Shown here: in pieces, positions 28,068 through 37,261 of the stretch | How positions within the stretch are numbered: position 1 is the stretch's first letter | How the letters are laid out: each line of letters starts with the position of its first letter | DNA from: Longimicrobiales bacterium | GTDB taxonomy: Bacteria > Gemmatimonadota > Gemmatimonadetes > Longimicrobiales > Gaopeijiaceae | Assembly (NCBI GenBank): GCA_965198065.1 | Contig: CBDAON010000004.1 | Location: 2,528,001-2,592,000 of the forward strand | Direction of reading: 5' to 3' | DNA: 64,000 bases | Made by a program: the position numbers and the translations under genes | The notes under the pieces: generated by a model | The model's input: the letters and a program-made list of their open reading frames with translations, nothing else | Databases searched by the model: none | Told to the model about the DNA's origin: nothing

Positions 28068-30239
28068 CTATCGGTGGAGGGAGTAGGTGAGCTTCAGGAC
28101 CAACGAAGAGTTGGACAGGTCGGCGTACTCACCGTCGGTAAAGCGTGTCAGATTGTACACCAGGTAAACGTTGTCGATTTGGCGGAAGATGTAGTTGAAG
28201 CGCAGTTGGATGGCAGCCAGGTCTCCCGAGCTGTTGTACTGCAGGAACGCCGAAGTGAGGAGGGAGCCGGTGATTGAAACGTTCGTACGGAGCCCAGCCA
28301 GATGAGTAGTGAACGATCCCTCGGGCAGGTCGACGTCGTTTAAGCTGTAGCTGGGCTGCAGGGACAGGTTCGGGCTCGGTCGGACATTGCCGCTCAGGGA
28401 CACCGAGCGCTTGGTCCCGGTCCAGAAGTTGCCGACCTCTCCGCTGAGTGTTCCCTGAACGGTCCGGCCGTTGAACGTGTTTAGTTGCAGATTCACCGAG
28501 CTCCACTCGTAGCGGCCCTCGGCGAGTGTTACGTCCGGTGCGATCGGGAAGAGTCTCTCGAGCCCTTCGACGCGATTCGTCAAGGTCAGGGAGACCTGGT
28601 CTCCACTCTCGAAGAACGTGCCTAGGCGCAGCACTGCCCGCCGAGTCCTCAGGTCGCCGTCGTCGTCGTGGAAGTAGACAAGGCTGGGAGAGATATCGAA
28701 CTGCCGGATGCGATCGGTGGTGGGCCGGGGCCTGAGAGAAAAACTCCCACCCATCATACGTTGCCGGCGGATGACGAAACCGACCCCGGGGTTGAAGTCC
28801 GACGAAATGTCGAGGACCGTGAACCCAGCTTGTAAGAAGTCGTCGCGCCACTGGACAGCGGCGTGCCGGACCCAACCCTCTCCGTCGGCTTCCGGCTCGA
28901 AGGAGCGGGCCAGCATCGCACCCACCTGCAGGTGCTCGGCGATCACCAGGTTGGCGTCGGCAGCCAGAACCCGGTTGTAGCTGCCGCCCCCCTCGCGACT
29001 CGTTACAACACCGCCGATGTAGGAGCGCCCCATAACCTCTCTGCGCACGCGACCCACAGCGAAGGTCTCACCCGCCGCGCCTTCGATCGCGTCGGTCCGA
29101 GCGTAAAGCATCCCCACATCGAGTCCGGCTGCCTTCCCGGTCAGCTTACCGCCCCCGAGGATGGACTGCGGCGCTCCGCCGGCCAGCCCAATCTGCCGGC
29201 TATAGAACAGCTCCAGCGGCGGCGGCCCGAAGTGTAGCATGTTGATGCCCGCTCGCATCGCGTCTCCACCTTCGATGAAGAACTGACGCTTCTCGGGAAA
29301 GAACAAGCTGAACCGGGTGAGGTTCACCCGCTGCTGGTCAACCTCCGTCTGCGCGAAATCAGGGTTAACCGCCAGATCGGCCGTCAGTTCAGAAGTAAGC
29401 GCGAGCTTGAGGTCGTCGATTCCTACATCGAGGACGACCTCTGAGCCTGAAGGGTCCGGCACGGCTCCCAGGCGCTCCGTCCCTGATACCAGATAGGGCC
29501 TGAAGCGAACGCGCTCCGCCTGCGTGATTCCGGTCAATCCTCGGAGCTGGCCTGCCTGCGACACGTTCGTAAACTCGTAGTCCTGGCTCCAGCCGCTCCA
29601 GTGGGCCGTCTCGTTCTTTCGCTTGATAACCCGTTCGAAGTTGAGCCCCCACTCCTGGTCCCCCTCTGCTGAAGCGAACCGCAAGATCTTGAAGGGAATC
29701 GCCATCTCGAGGGACCAACCGGTCTCGGTGACACGCGCCGCGGCCTCCCACTGTTCATCCCAATCGGCTCTAAGACGGCCCTCGTCGCGAATGGTCGCGT
29801 CAAACAGGGTTCCGAGCGGATTTACACGAAAAGCGAAGCCGCTACGATCGTCATCGAACGTGTCGAACAACACGGTGAAGCGGTCATCGCTATCCAGCGG
29901 ATCGTCTCGTCGGAGCTCGGTTGCCCGTATCAACGAAGGTTCTGAGTCGAAGAGTTCCGCGGCGACGTAAAGAGTCGTGTCGTTGTAGGCGATCCGAACC
30001 ACGGTACGCTCTGTGGCGAGGGAGCCCTCGGCCGGTTCTCTTTGCCGGAAGTCGCTCGCCACGGGGACCCCCACCCATAGCGACTCGTCCAGTGTCCCGT
30101 CGATCACGGGTGCGCTGCTCACTCGCGTGGCAGCGAGCTCTGCGGTAGTCCTATCCTGGGGTTCCTGGGGGGACACCTGTACGGCACCGAGAATGACGGC
30201 TACCGAAGCGAGGGAAATCGGACTAGTGATCATCCACAT
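28068..30239 (-). CDS. CBM9-like sugar-binding domain plus DUF5916-type outer-membrane beta-barrel protein
   Basis: APVIDGTLDE..W, F.QREP.EG, DTFDD.RSGF.F.VNPLG, GWSLEMAIPF..LRF, VNPDFAQTEVD...NLTRFSLFFPEKRQFF.EG, terminal LKLTY. Confidence 0.85.
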   Translation of the reverse strand: MWMITSPISLASVAVILGAVQVSPQEPQDRTTAELAATRVSSAPVIDGTLDESLWVGVPVASDFRQREPAEGSLATERTVVRIAYNDTTLYVAAELFDSEPSLIRATELRRDDPLDSDDRFTVLFDTFDDDRSGFAFRVNPLGTLFDATIRDEGRLRADWDEQWEAAARVTETGWSLEMAIPFKILRFASAEGDQEWGLNFERVIKRKNETAHWSGWSQDYEFTNVSQAGQLRGLTGITQAERVRFRPYLVSGTERLGAVPDPSGSEVVLDVGIDDLKLALTSELTADLAVNPDFAQTEVDQQRVNLTRFSLFFPEKRQFFIEGGDAMRAGINMLHFGPPPLELFYSRQIGLAGGAPQSILGGGKLTGKAAGLDVGMLYARTDAIEGAAGETFAVGRVRREVMGRSYIGGVVTSREGGGSYNRVLAADANLVIAEHLQVGAMLARSFEPEADGEGWVRHAAVQWRDDFLQAGFTVLDISSDFNPGVGFVIRRQRMMGGSFSLRPRPTTDRIRQFDISPSLVYFHDDDGDLRTRRAVLRLGTFFESGDQVSLTLTNRVEGLERLFPIAPDVTLAEGRYEWSSVNLQLNTFNGRTVQGTLSGEVGNFWTGTKRSVSLSGNVRPSPNLSLQPSYSLNDVDLPEGSFTTHLAGLRTNVSITGSLLTSAFLQYNSSGDLAAIQLRFNYIFRQIDNVYLVYNLTRFTDGEYADLSNSSLVLKLTYSLHR

Positions 30240-30449
30240 GCATGTGCCATGAGTGTCGGCGCTGGCGCTCACTCGTGACGGAGCGCTTCCGATCGGATCC
30301 ATCAGCAGTTCGCCGTCCGAGAGCTTGCCCACTCATGACACCCGGCAAACGATCCCTGTTGAAAGATACGCGCGCCAAGCGCCCCGGACTCCCCACGCCC
30401 GGGGAAATGACACAGCAGAACCGAGGCGGACCCTGATCTGGACCCGTTA

Positions 30450-31409
30450 AGCCGAACGCCCCGCCTCCTCTCGACTTCGGCGGGCACAAACCCCGAGGCC
30501 TTCGGGGCCGCGGAGTGGAGTCTCCTCGCGGGGATCGCGACGATCTGGGGATCGTCGTTCCTCCTCATGGAGATCGGGCTCCAGTCGCTCCGGCCCGGGC
30601 TAATCACCTTCCTCCGGATCACGTTCGGGGCCGTCGCCCTGTTCCTCGTCCCCCGCGCCCGTCGAACGCGCGTCCGGAGCGAGGACCTCCCGCGCGTGGC
30701 GCTCCTCGGCGTCACCTGGATGGCGCTCCCCCTCCTCCTCTTCCCGATCGCCCAGCAGTGGATCGACTCGTCTGTCGCGGGAATGATCAACGGGGCAGTC
30801 CCGCTCACGGCTGCCCTCTGGTCCACCCTCCTCCTCGGGCGCCTCCCGCCCCGCGTCCAGGTGTTGGGGATCTCCGTGGGCTTCGTCGGAATCCTCGCGG
30901 TGTCCCTCCCCGAGCTTCCCCTCGGAGGGCTCGTGGTCGGCGGCACGGTGGAGACCGCGCTCGGCACCACGCTCGTGTTTCTCGCCGTCGTGCTCTACGG
31001 GCTCTCGACCAACCTCGCTGTCCCCCTCCAGCAACGGTACGGCTCGCTGGCCGTCCTCCTCCGCGCCCAGGTGGCCGCGCTCGTGATCGTGACTCCGGCG
31101 GGTCTCTATTCCCTCCCGGGATCGAGCTTCGAGTGGGGCCCGGTCCTCGCCATGGTGCCGCTCGGCGTGCTCGGAACGGGGGTCGCCTTCGTCCTCATGA
31201 CCATGCTTGTGGGGCGGGTCGGGGGTCCTAGAGGCTCGGTCGCGATCTACTTTGTTCCGATCGTCGCGATGGCCCTGGGGGCCCTCCTCCTCGGCGAGGA
31301 GATCCACCCCCTCGCGCTCTTCGGGACCGGGCTCATCCTTGCCGGGGCCTGGGTCGCGTCCCGGCGGGAGCGGACGACTCCGGTGTCCGACGACGCTCGA
31401 TCCACGTAG
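30450..31409 (+). CDS. EamA/DMT-family transporter (start codon unclear)
   Basis: About 10 TM helices; IWGSSF motif lies upstream of the first in-frame ATG (30567); LGTGVAF, LLGEEI. Confidence 0.85.
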   Translation, partial: SRTPRLLSTSAGTNPEAFGAAEWSLLAGIATIWGSSFLLMEIGLQSLRPGLITFLRITFGAVALFLVPRARRTRVRSEDLPRVALLGVTWMALPLLLFPIAQQWIDSSVAGMINGAVPLTAALWSTLLLGRLPPRVQVLGISVGFVGILAVSLPELPLGGLVVGGTVETALGTTLVFLAVVLYGLSTNLAVPLQQRYGSLAVLLRAQVAALVIVTPAGLYSLPGSSFEWGPVLAMVPLGVLGTGVAFVLMTMLVGRVGGPRGSVAIYFVPIVAMALGALLLGEEIHPLALFGTGLILAGAWVASRRERTTPVSDDARST

Positions 31410-31526
31410 TGACCGGGTGCTCCTCAGGCGATAACTTCTGCCCCGCCGTGGGCTCCCTGGGGGCGCCGTCTCTCTCTAGAGCGGCGCCCCCGCGGCGTTC
31501 CTCCCGTTCACTTCGAGCTGTAAGCG

Positions 31527-32945
31527 ATGGGCTCCACCAAGCCGAAAGGAAAGTTCGACCGGACCATCGTCGAGGGTCCGATCCGCCGTGCCGTCTGGAA
31601 GCTCGCGTGGCCGACGATGCTCCAGAACATCATCGGCGGTGTCCAAGGGATCGTGGACCACGCGATGGTGGGGCACTACGTGGGGTTCACCGGAAACGCC
31701 GCGATCGGCGTCTCGTGGCAGATCTTCCTAGTCGTCATGGTGTTCATCAGCTCCCTCTTCACCGGGATGGGCGTGATGGTCGCGCGCTTCGCCGGCGCGG
31801 ACGAACCCGAGAAGGTGAACCGGGTCGTCTACCAGGCGTTCTTGACGGCCCTCATCCTGGCCTTCGTCATCCTTGCCCCCGTCGGGTATTTCCTTGCCCC
31901 GTGGCTCCTCGATCTCATCAATGCCACGGCGGAGGTCCAGGGGGAGGCGCTCCCCTACCTCCGCATCATGTTCGTGTTCAGCATCGGGATGCTCACGTTC
32001 TTCATGCTGGGCGGTGCGCTCCGTTCCGCGGGGGACCCCCGCACGCCGCTCCGGCTCGGGATCGTTCTCACGGTCCTGAACCTGATCCTGAACGTGATCT
32101 TCATTACGGGACCGGGTCCGCTGCCTGCCTTCGGGACGACAGGGGCGGCGATGGGGACCACGCTCGCGGGCGCGATCCTCATGCTCTACTCGTTCTGGCG
32201 GCTCTTCACACACCGCTGGGTCGTGGACTTTCACCGGGGCATGGACCTCCGCCCTGACTGGGAGATCATCCGAGCGCTGTTCCGCTTCGGGCTCCCCACC
32301 GGGATCCAGGGCGTCGCCATGAACATCGGGGGCGTGGTGATGCTCACCTTCGTCGGCTCCCTCGCGCTCTCGGCCCAGGCCCAGGCTGCCTACACGGTGG
32401 GCTACACCCAGCTCTTCTCGCTTATCACCTGGACCTCGGTGGGGCTCATGGGTGCCGCTGCGGCGGTAGCTGGACAGAACCTCGGGGCCGGGCATCCCGA
32501 GCGCTCCCTCCGCGGAGTCCATGTGGCCGCCAAGATCGGTCTCGCGGCGGCGGTGGTCGTCGGGAGCCTGTTCCTCACCATCCCGCGCGCACTTCTCTCC
32601 GTGTTCGGGATGGAGGATCCCGCGGTCGTGGACCTCGGCGTCGAGCTCCTCGCCTTCCTCAGCGCGTCGGGGCTCTTCGTCACCGTCGCGCTCTCCTACA
32701 CGGGGGGTCTCCAGGGCACCGGGGACACGAAGAGCCCTCTCTACATCTCGATCATCTCGCAGGTCGTGGTCCCGATCGGGGCCTGCTCCGCGATCCAGCT
32801 TCTCCGCGGGCTCGAGCCCCGGGACATCTGGCTGGCGATCGTCCTGGGCCACCTGACCCGCGCCGTCCTCAGCACGCTCCGTTTCCGACAGGGAAAGTGG
32901 CGGAACATTGAGGTCGAGATCGGGCCTGCCCGGGCCGCCGGCTGA
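31527..32945 (+). CDS. MATE-family efflux transporter
   Basis: EGPIRRAVWKLAWP, VDHAMVG, LRSAGDPRTPL, GQNLGAG, LQGTGDTKSP. Confidence 0.93.
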   Translation: MGSTKPKGKFDRTIVEGPIRRAVWKLAWPTMLQNIIGGVQGIVDHAMVGHYVGFTGNAAIGVSWQIFLVVMVFISSLFTGMGVMVARFAGADEPEKVNRVVYQAFLTALILAFVILAPVGYFLAPWLLDLINATAEVQGEALPYLRIMFVFSIGMLTFFMLGGALRSAGDPRTPLRLGIVLTVLNLILNVIFITGPGPLPAFGTTGAAMGTTLAGAILMLYSFWRLFTHRWVVDFHRGMDLRPDWEIIRALFRFGLPTGIQGVAMNIGGVVMLTFVGSLALSAQAQAAYTVGYTQLFSLITWTSVGLMGAAAAVAGQNLGAGHPERSLRGVHVAAKIGLAAAVVVGSLFLTIPRALLSVFGMEDPAVVDLGVELLAFLSASGLFVTVALSYTGGLQGTGDTKSPLYISIISQVVVPIGACSAIQLLRGLEPRDIWLAIVLGHLTRAVLSTLRFRQGKWRNIEVEIGPARAAG

Positions 32946-32975
32946 CGCTCCGGCGTGCTCGTAGCCCCATCCGTC

Positions 32976-33054
32976 TTGACGGCCGCCCTGGGATCCCTAC
33001 ATATTTAGGCCAGACTAAATCAAAAATGTGGCTAGCCTAAAATGTGGCGAGCCT
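32976..33054 (+). promoter_or_regulatory. Promoter with tandem DtxR/MntR-like operators
   Basis: TTGACG at 32976, AT-rich -10 region near 32998-33005, palindrome ATTTAG-GCCAGA-CTAAAT (33003-33020), then AAAATGTGGC(T/G)AGCCT twice (33023-33054). Confidence 0.65.
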
Positions 33055-33078
33055 GGTGAATCTGGAGGGTGCGTGGGG

Positions 33079-34305
33079 ATGCCGGGTCTTCGGGGGAAGA
33101 GAGTTGGGCGGCGGGGAGGCGTGTTTTTCCTGGTCGCTGTGGCGCTCGCAGGTTGCGACGCCATGCTCACGGCCGCGCCCGACGATCGCGACCTCTTCGA
33201 CGCGCCGTTTACGGAGCTCACGACCGAGGAGCGTGCCGTCTTTGTGCGAGGCGATGCCGCGTTCGAGCGGACGTTCTCCCCGTCCGAGGGGTTAGGCCCG
33301 ATCTTCAACGACCGCGGCTGCGCGTCCTGCCACAGCAGCGACGGCCGGGGGCGCCCCGAAAACGCCCTGGTCCGGATCGGGGTGCCTCCGACCATGTCGA
33401 GGGAGCTCGGGGGGCCCCAGATCCAGACACGTGCGATCCCCGGGGCGATTGCCGAGCCGATTCCCACGGGTGTTCCCTCGTCTGTTCGGCTGCCCCCGCC
33501 TGTCTTCGGTGTCGGGCTGATAGAGGCCATTCCCGCGGAGACGATTCTGGCCTTCGTAGATCCGGACGACGCGAACGGGGACGGGATCTCGGGACGGGCC
33601 AGCCTCGTCGCACCGCCCGACTGGGTTCCCCCCGGCGAAATTGGCGGGGGGCCGGGCCCGCAGCTCGGTCGTTTCAGCCGGAAGGCGCAGGTGAGCACGC
33701 TCCTCCAGCAGACCGTGGAGGCGTACCACGAGGACATGGGCATCACGAAGGACTTTCTCCCCGCCGACAACGAGAACCAGATCGGAGGTCCGCTCACGCG
33801 AGGGGCCGACCACGCCCCGGACCCGGAGCTTCCCGAGGCCGAGGTGCGGGCCGTGCTCGAGTATCTCCGGATGCTCACCCCACCCGCTCCGGGCGAGGAG
33901 ACGCCCGAGCGGGCCGAGGGTCGTCGCCTGTTCCAGGAGATTGGGTGCGCGAGCTGCCACATCCCCTCTGTCCAGACGGGTCCCCATCGGATCGCGGCGC
34001 TTGAGTACCGCTCGGCGGAGCTCTACTCCGACCTCCTGCTGCACGACATGGGGGAGGAGCTCGAGGACGGGCGCCCGGACGGAGCCGCAGACGGCCGGGA
34101 GTGGCGGACTGCGCCGCTCTGGGGCCTTCGCGTCATGCGGGACTTCCTAGCGGGGGACGCGTTCCTCCTCCACGACGGGAGGGACCGCTCCGTCGAGGAG
34201 GCGATTGATTACCACGGTGGGGAGGCCGCCGCGTCGCGCGGGGCGTTCGACGCGCTACCGATGGACGGCCGGGCCGCCCTTCTCAGCTTCGTCGAGTCCC
34301 GCTGA
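33079..34305 (+). CDS. Di-haem oxidoreductase (DHOR)-family c-type cytochrome lipoprotein
   Basis: Lipobox LAGC, GLGPIFN..GCASCH, PPVFGVGLIEAIP, DPDDANGDGISGR, second CASCH, YSDLLLHDMG, EWRTAPLWG, LLHDGR. Confidence 0.9.
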   Translation: MPGLRGKRVGRRGGVFFLVAVALAGCDAMLTAAPDDRDLFDAPFTELTTEERAVFVRGDAAFERTFSPSEGLGPIFNDRGCASCHSSDGRGRPENALVRIGVPPTMSRELGGPQIQTRAIPGAIAEPIPTGVPSSVRLPPPVFGVGLIEAIPAETILAFVDPDDANGDGISGRASLVAPPDWVPPGEIGGGPGPQLGRFSRKAQVSTLLQQTVEAYHEDMGITKDFLPADNENQIGGPLTRGADHAPDPELPEAEVRAVLEYLRMLTPPAPGEETPERAEGRRLFQEIGCASCHIPSVQTGPHRIAALEYRSAELYSDLLLHDMGEELEDGRPDGAADGREWRTAPLWGLRVMRDFLAGDAFLLHDGRDRSVEEAIDYHGGEAAASRGAFDALPMDGRAALLSFVESR

Positions 34306-34727
34306 TGGAGCGCCGTCGTTTTCTCCGTGTCCTCGGTGGCGGAGGCCTCGCCCTGGGAGCTACAGGATGTGCCTCTGCGCTCCCACTGACGGTTCCCGGG
34401 GAGGGTGATCTGGTTCGGCTCATCCTCGGAGAGCACCCGGCGCTGTCCTCGTCCGGCGGGTCCCTCCGCCTCCGGATCGGGGGCGACGGCCGGCTAGTCT
34501 ACGTCCTCGGCGTGGGGGAAGGGGAGTTCGCCGCGCGCTCTCCCATCTGCACGCACCAGGGGTGCACGGTCGAGGTGGAGGGGGCGTACCTGGTCTGCCC
34601 GTGCCACGGGTCCACGTACGCCCGCGACGGGACGGTCGTCCGGGGGCCTGCGCCCCTTCCGCTCCGGCGCTTTCCGACCCGAGTAGCGCCCGGGGGAGTC
34701 CTCGTGATCGAGACGGGGGAAGGATGA
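34305..34727 (+). CDS. Tat-exported Rieske [2Fe-2S] (lipo)protein
   Basis: RRRFL twin-arginine motif, ATGC lipobox, CTHQGC and CPCHGS, GPAPLPL. Confidence 0.92.
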   Translation: MERRRFLRVLGGGGLALGATGCASALPLTVPGEGDLVRLILGEHPALSSSGGSLRLRIGGDGRLVYVLGVGEGEFAARSPICTHQGCTVEVEGAYLVCPCHGSTYARDGTVVRGPAPLPLRRFPTRVAPGGVLVIETGEG

Positions 34728-36016
34728 GAGGGCCAGACGTGTACCGTCCTGGAGCTCAAGGTCGCCGGAGCGTGGATGGGCGGGTGGTGTCGGCGGTCGC
34801 GAAAGCCCGCGGTCGGGTGGTCGACGCGGCCACGCTCGCGTGGACGCTGCTCCTCCCGGCCGTTCCTCTCGGGGCTCAGGTAGGGGCAGCCCCCGGAGCG
34901 GCCGGGGCCGATTCAACCTCCGTCCAGGAGCGGCCCTTCGTCGAGGGGGGCCAGTTCGACAAGCCCTACCTCACGACCCTCCTCGGCCGCATCGTGATCG
35001 GCGGGTACGCCGAGGCGCACGCCCGCTACGAGCGCGAGGACGGCGTCGAAAGCGAGCTCGGGTTCGAGGCCAAGCGCTTCAACCTCTTCGTGTCGAGCCC
35101 GGTGAGCGACTTCGTCCGCTTCGGCGCGGAGCTCGAGTTCGAGGAGGGTGCCGAAGAGATCAAGCTCGAGTTCGCCACCGTGGACCTGACGATCCACCCG
35201 TCCCTCGCCTTCCGCGCTGGGATGCTCCTGTCTCCGCTCGGGCGGTTCAACCTGTCCCACGACAGCCCATTGAACGCGTTCACGGACCGGCCGGTCGTCG
35301 CCACCGAGATCCTGGGAGTGGCGCTCTCGGAGCCGGGGCTTGGGGTCCTGGGGGCGCTGGCGTTCGGGGGTGGGACCGCGCGCGTCACGTACGAGCTCTA
35401 CGCCGTGAACGGCTTCCATTCGGGGCTGATCGAGAGCTCGCCGGAGGGAACGCGCATTCCCGAGGGGAAAGGCGCCCAGTCGGACGGGAACAGCTCTCCC
35501 GCCTTCGTGGGTCGGGTTGCGGTGACCCCGAGGGTCGGCTGGGAGCTCGGCCTCTCGGCCCACCACGGAGCCTGGAACGACTTCGAGGAGGAGGGCCTCG
35601 AGGTGGACCGGCGCCGGAACCTGACGATCGGAGTGCTCGACTTCGGGATGGAGGCGTACGGCGTGTCGGTGCGAGGCGAGCTGGCAGCGGCGAGCATAGA
35701 CCTCCCTCCCGGCCTTCGGGGCCTCTACCAGGCCCGTCAGCGTGGGTTCTTCCTGGAAGGGGTGCTCCCGTTCGGGATGGGCTGGGTCCCGACCATGCCG
35801 TCCTCGACGTTCAATGCTCGGGTCCGGTTGGAGGCCGTGGACTTCGACTCGGAGCGAGGCGGGGATTCGGTCAGGCAGGTGAGTGCGGGCGTGGGCTTTC
35901 GGCCGACTCCGGAGACCGCGCTCAAGCTCGATTACGTACGCGGTCGGAGTTTCGATCGCTTCGAGAACCCGGCTGATCACGCCCGCATCCTGCTCTCGGT
36001 GGCCACGTACTTCTGA
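34724..36016 (+). CDS. Outer-membrane porin-like beta-barrel protein
   Basis: ATGA overlap with the Rieske gene; hydrophobic signal; ELEFEEG.EEIKLEFA, FRAG.LLSPLGRFN, GFRPTPETALKLDY, terminal ATYF. Confidence 0.75.
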   Translation: MRGPDVYRPGAQGRRSVDGRVVSAVAKARGRVVDAATLAWTLLLPAVPLGAQVGAAPGAAGADSTSVQERPFVEGGQFDKPYLTTLLGRIVIGGYAEAHARYEREDGVESELGFEAKRFNLFVSSPVSDFVRFGAELEFEEGAEEIKLEFATVDLTIHPSLAFRAGMLLSPLGRFNLSHDSPLNAFTDRPVVATEILGVALSEPGLGVLGALAFGGGTARVTYELYAVNGFHSGLIESSPEGTRIPEGKGAQSDGNSSPAFVGRVAVTPRVGWELGLSAHHGAWNDFEEEGLEVDRRRNLTIGVLDFGMEAYGVSVRGELAAASIDLPPGLRGLYQARQRGFFLEGVLPFGMGWVPTMPSSTFNARVRLEAVDFDSERGGDSVRQVSAGVGFRPTPETALKLDYVRGRSFDRFENPADHARILLSVATYF

Positions 36017-36018
36017 AC

Positions 36019-37218
36019 GTGAGAAGACGGGGAACGCATCGGGCTTCTTGGCCCACGGCGATCGCGGCCGCGGGCCCGCTGGCTGCGGCGCTCATCGTCT
36101 CCTGCGGCTCCTCTACCGAGCCCAGCGGTCCGGGTCCCGACGGTCCGGGCCCGGGCGCACAGGACGAGATCGTCCTGACCGAGGTGGTCTCGGGGCTCGG
36201 CACCCTGACCGCGCTGACCGCTCCCCCCGGAGATTCCCGGCTGTTCGTCGTCGAGCAGTCCGGACGAATCTGGATTGTGCGGGACGGGACGCTCGTCGCC
36301 ACCCCGTTCCTGGACATCCGGAGCCTCACCTCCACGGACGGCGAGCGAGGCCTCCTGGGCCTCGCTTTCCACCCCGCGTACGCGACGAACGGCCGCTTCT
36401 TCGTGAACTACACGAACACGGGCGGCGACACCCGCGTCGTCGAATACGGGGTCGGGACGGACCCCGACCTGGCGGATCCCGCCTCGGCGGCCGAGCTCCT
36501 GGCCTTCGAGCAGCCCTTCTCGAACCACAACGGCGGAGATCTCGCGTTCGGCCCGGACGGCACCCTGTACGTGGCGACGGGAGACGGCGGGAGCGCCAAC
36601 GACCCGCAAGGGAACGGCCAGAGCGTGCGGACGCTCCTCGGCGGCCTGCTCCGGCTGGACGTGAGCACGCCGGGAGAGGCGACGATCCCATCGGGGAACC
36701 CGTTCTCCGGGCGCCCCGCCGATGGGCGCGAGGAGCTGTGGGCGTGGGGCCTCCGGAACCCGTGGAGGATCAGCTTCGATCACGCGAGCGGACTCCTCTT
36801 CATCGCCGACGTGGGGCAGGGGGCGTGGGAGGAGGTGAACGTCGCCCGCGCGGACGAAGCCGCGCTGAACTACGGGTGGAGCGTCATGGAGGGCCCCGAA
36901 TGTCGGGGGGGAGGGTCGTGTGACCGCTCGGGGCTAACGGAGCCTACCCTCGCCTACGCCCATCCCGAGGGGTGCTCGATCATCGGGGGCGCGGTCTATC
37001 GTGGGGGCCGGATCCCGTCGGCCCTGGGGCACTACTTCTACTCGGACCTGTGCAGCCGCTTCCTCCGGTTGTTTCGCTACGAGAACGGGACAGCCGCGGA
37101 CGCCCGGAGCTGGGAACTCACCGCGCCCGCCCAGGTGAGCTCGATGGGGCAGGATGCTGCGGGGGAGCTCTATCTGCTCACGGTAGACGGACGGGTGCTG
37201 CGGCTCGATCCGAGCTGA
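36019..37218 (+). CDS. PQQ-dependent sugar dehydrogenase (GSDH beta-propeller) family lipoprotein
   Basis: Lipobox IVSC, RLFVVEQSG, GERGLLGLAFHP, NHNGGDLAFGPDG.LY...GDGG, GLRNPWR, NYGW. Confidence 0.9.
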   Translation: MRRRGTHRASWPTAIAAAGPLAAALIVSCGSSTEPSGPGPDGPGPGAQDEIVLTEVVSGLGTLTALTAPPGDSRLFVVEQSGRIWIVRDGTLVATPFLDIRSLTSTDGERGLLGLAFHPAYATNGRFFVNYTNTGGDTRVVEYGVGTDPDLADPASAAELLAFEQPFSNHNGGDLAFGPDGTLYVATGDGGSANDPQGNGQSVRTLLGGLLRLDVSTPGEATIPSGNPFSGRPADGREELWAWGLRNPWRISFDHASGLLFIADVGQGAWEEVNVARADEAALNYGWSVMEGPECRGGGSCDRSGLTEPTLAYAHPEGCSIIGGAVYRGGRIPSALGHYFYSDLCSRFLRLFRYENGTAADARSWELTAPAQVSSMGQDAAGELYLLTVDGRVLRLDPS

Positions 37219-37261
37219 GGCGCCACCAGGATCGTCCCTCTACGCCCCGCGCTTCGATCGT

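Larger units (their letters stand above)
9032..30450. mobile_element. Decayed tRNA-anchored genomic island (no integrase seen)
   Basis: Begins right after tRNA-Cys; visibly less GC-rich than the flanks; several IS remnants, gene fragments and RM/TA genes; backbone-like sequence resumes near 30450. Right border approximate. Confidence 0.75.

Noticed and set aside
9032..30450. Intact prophage or ICE with attL/attR
   Set aside because: No integrase, relaxase or structural genes, and I found no repeat of the tRNA-Cys or tRNA-Val 3' ends.
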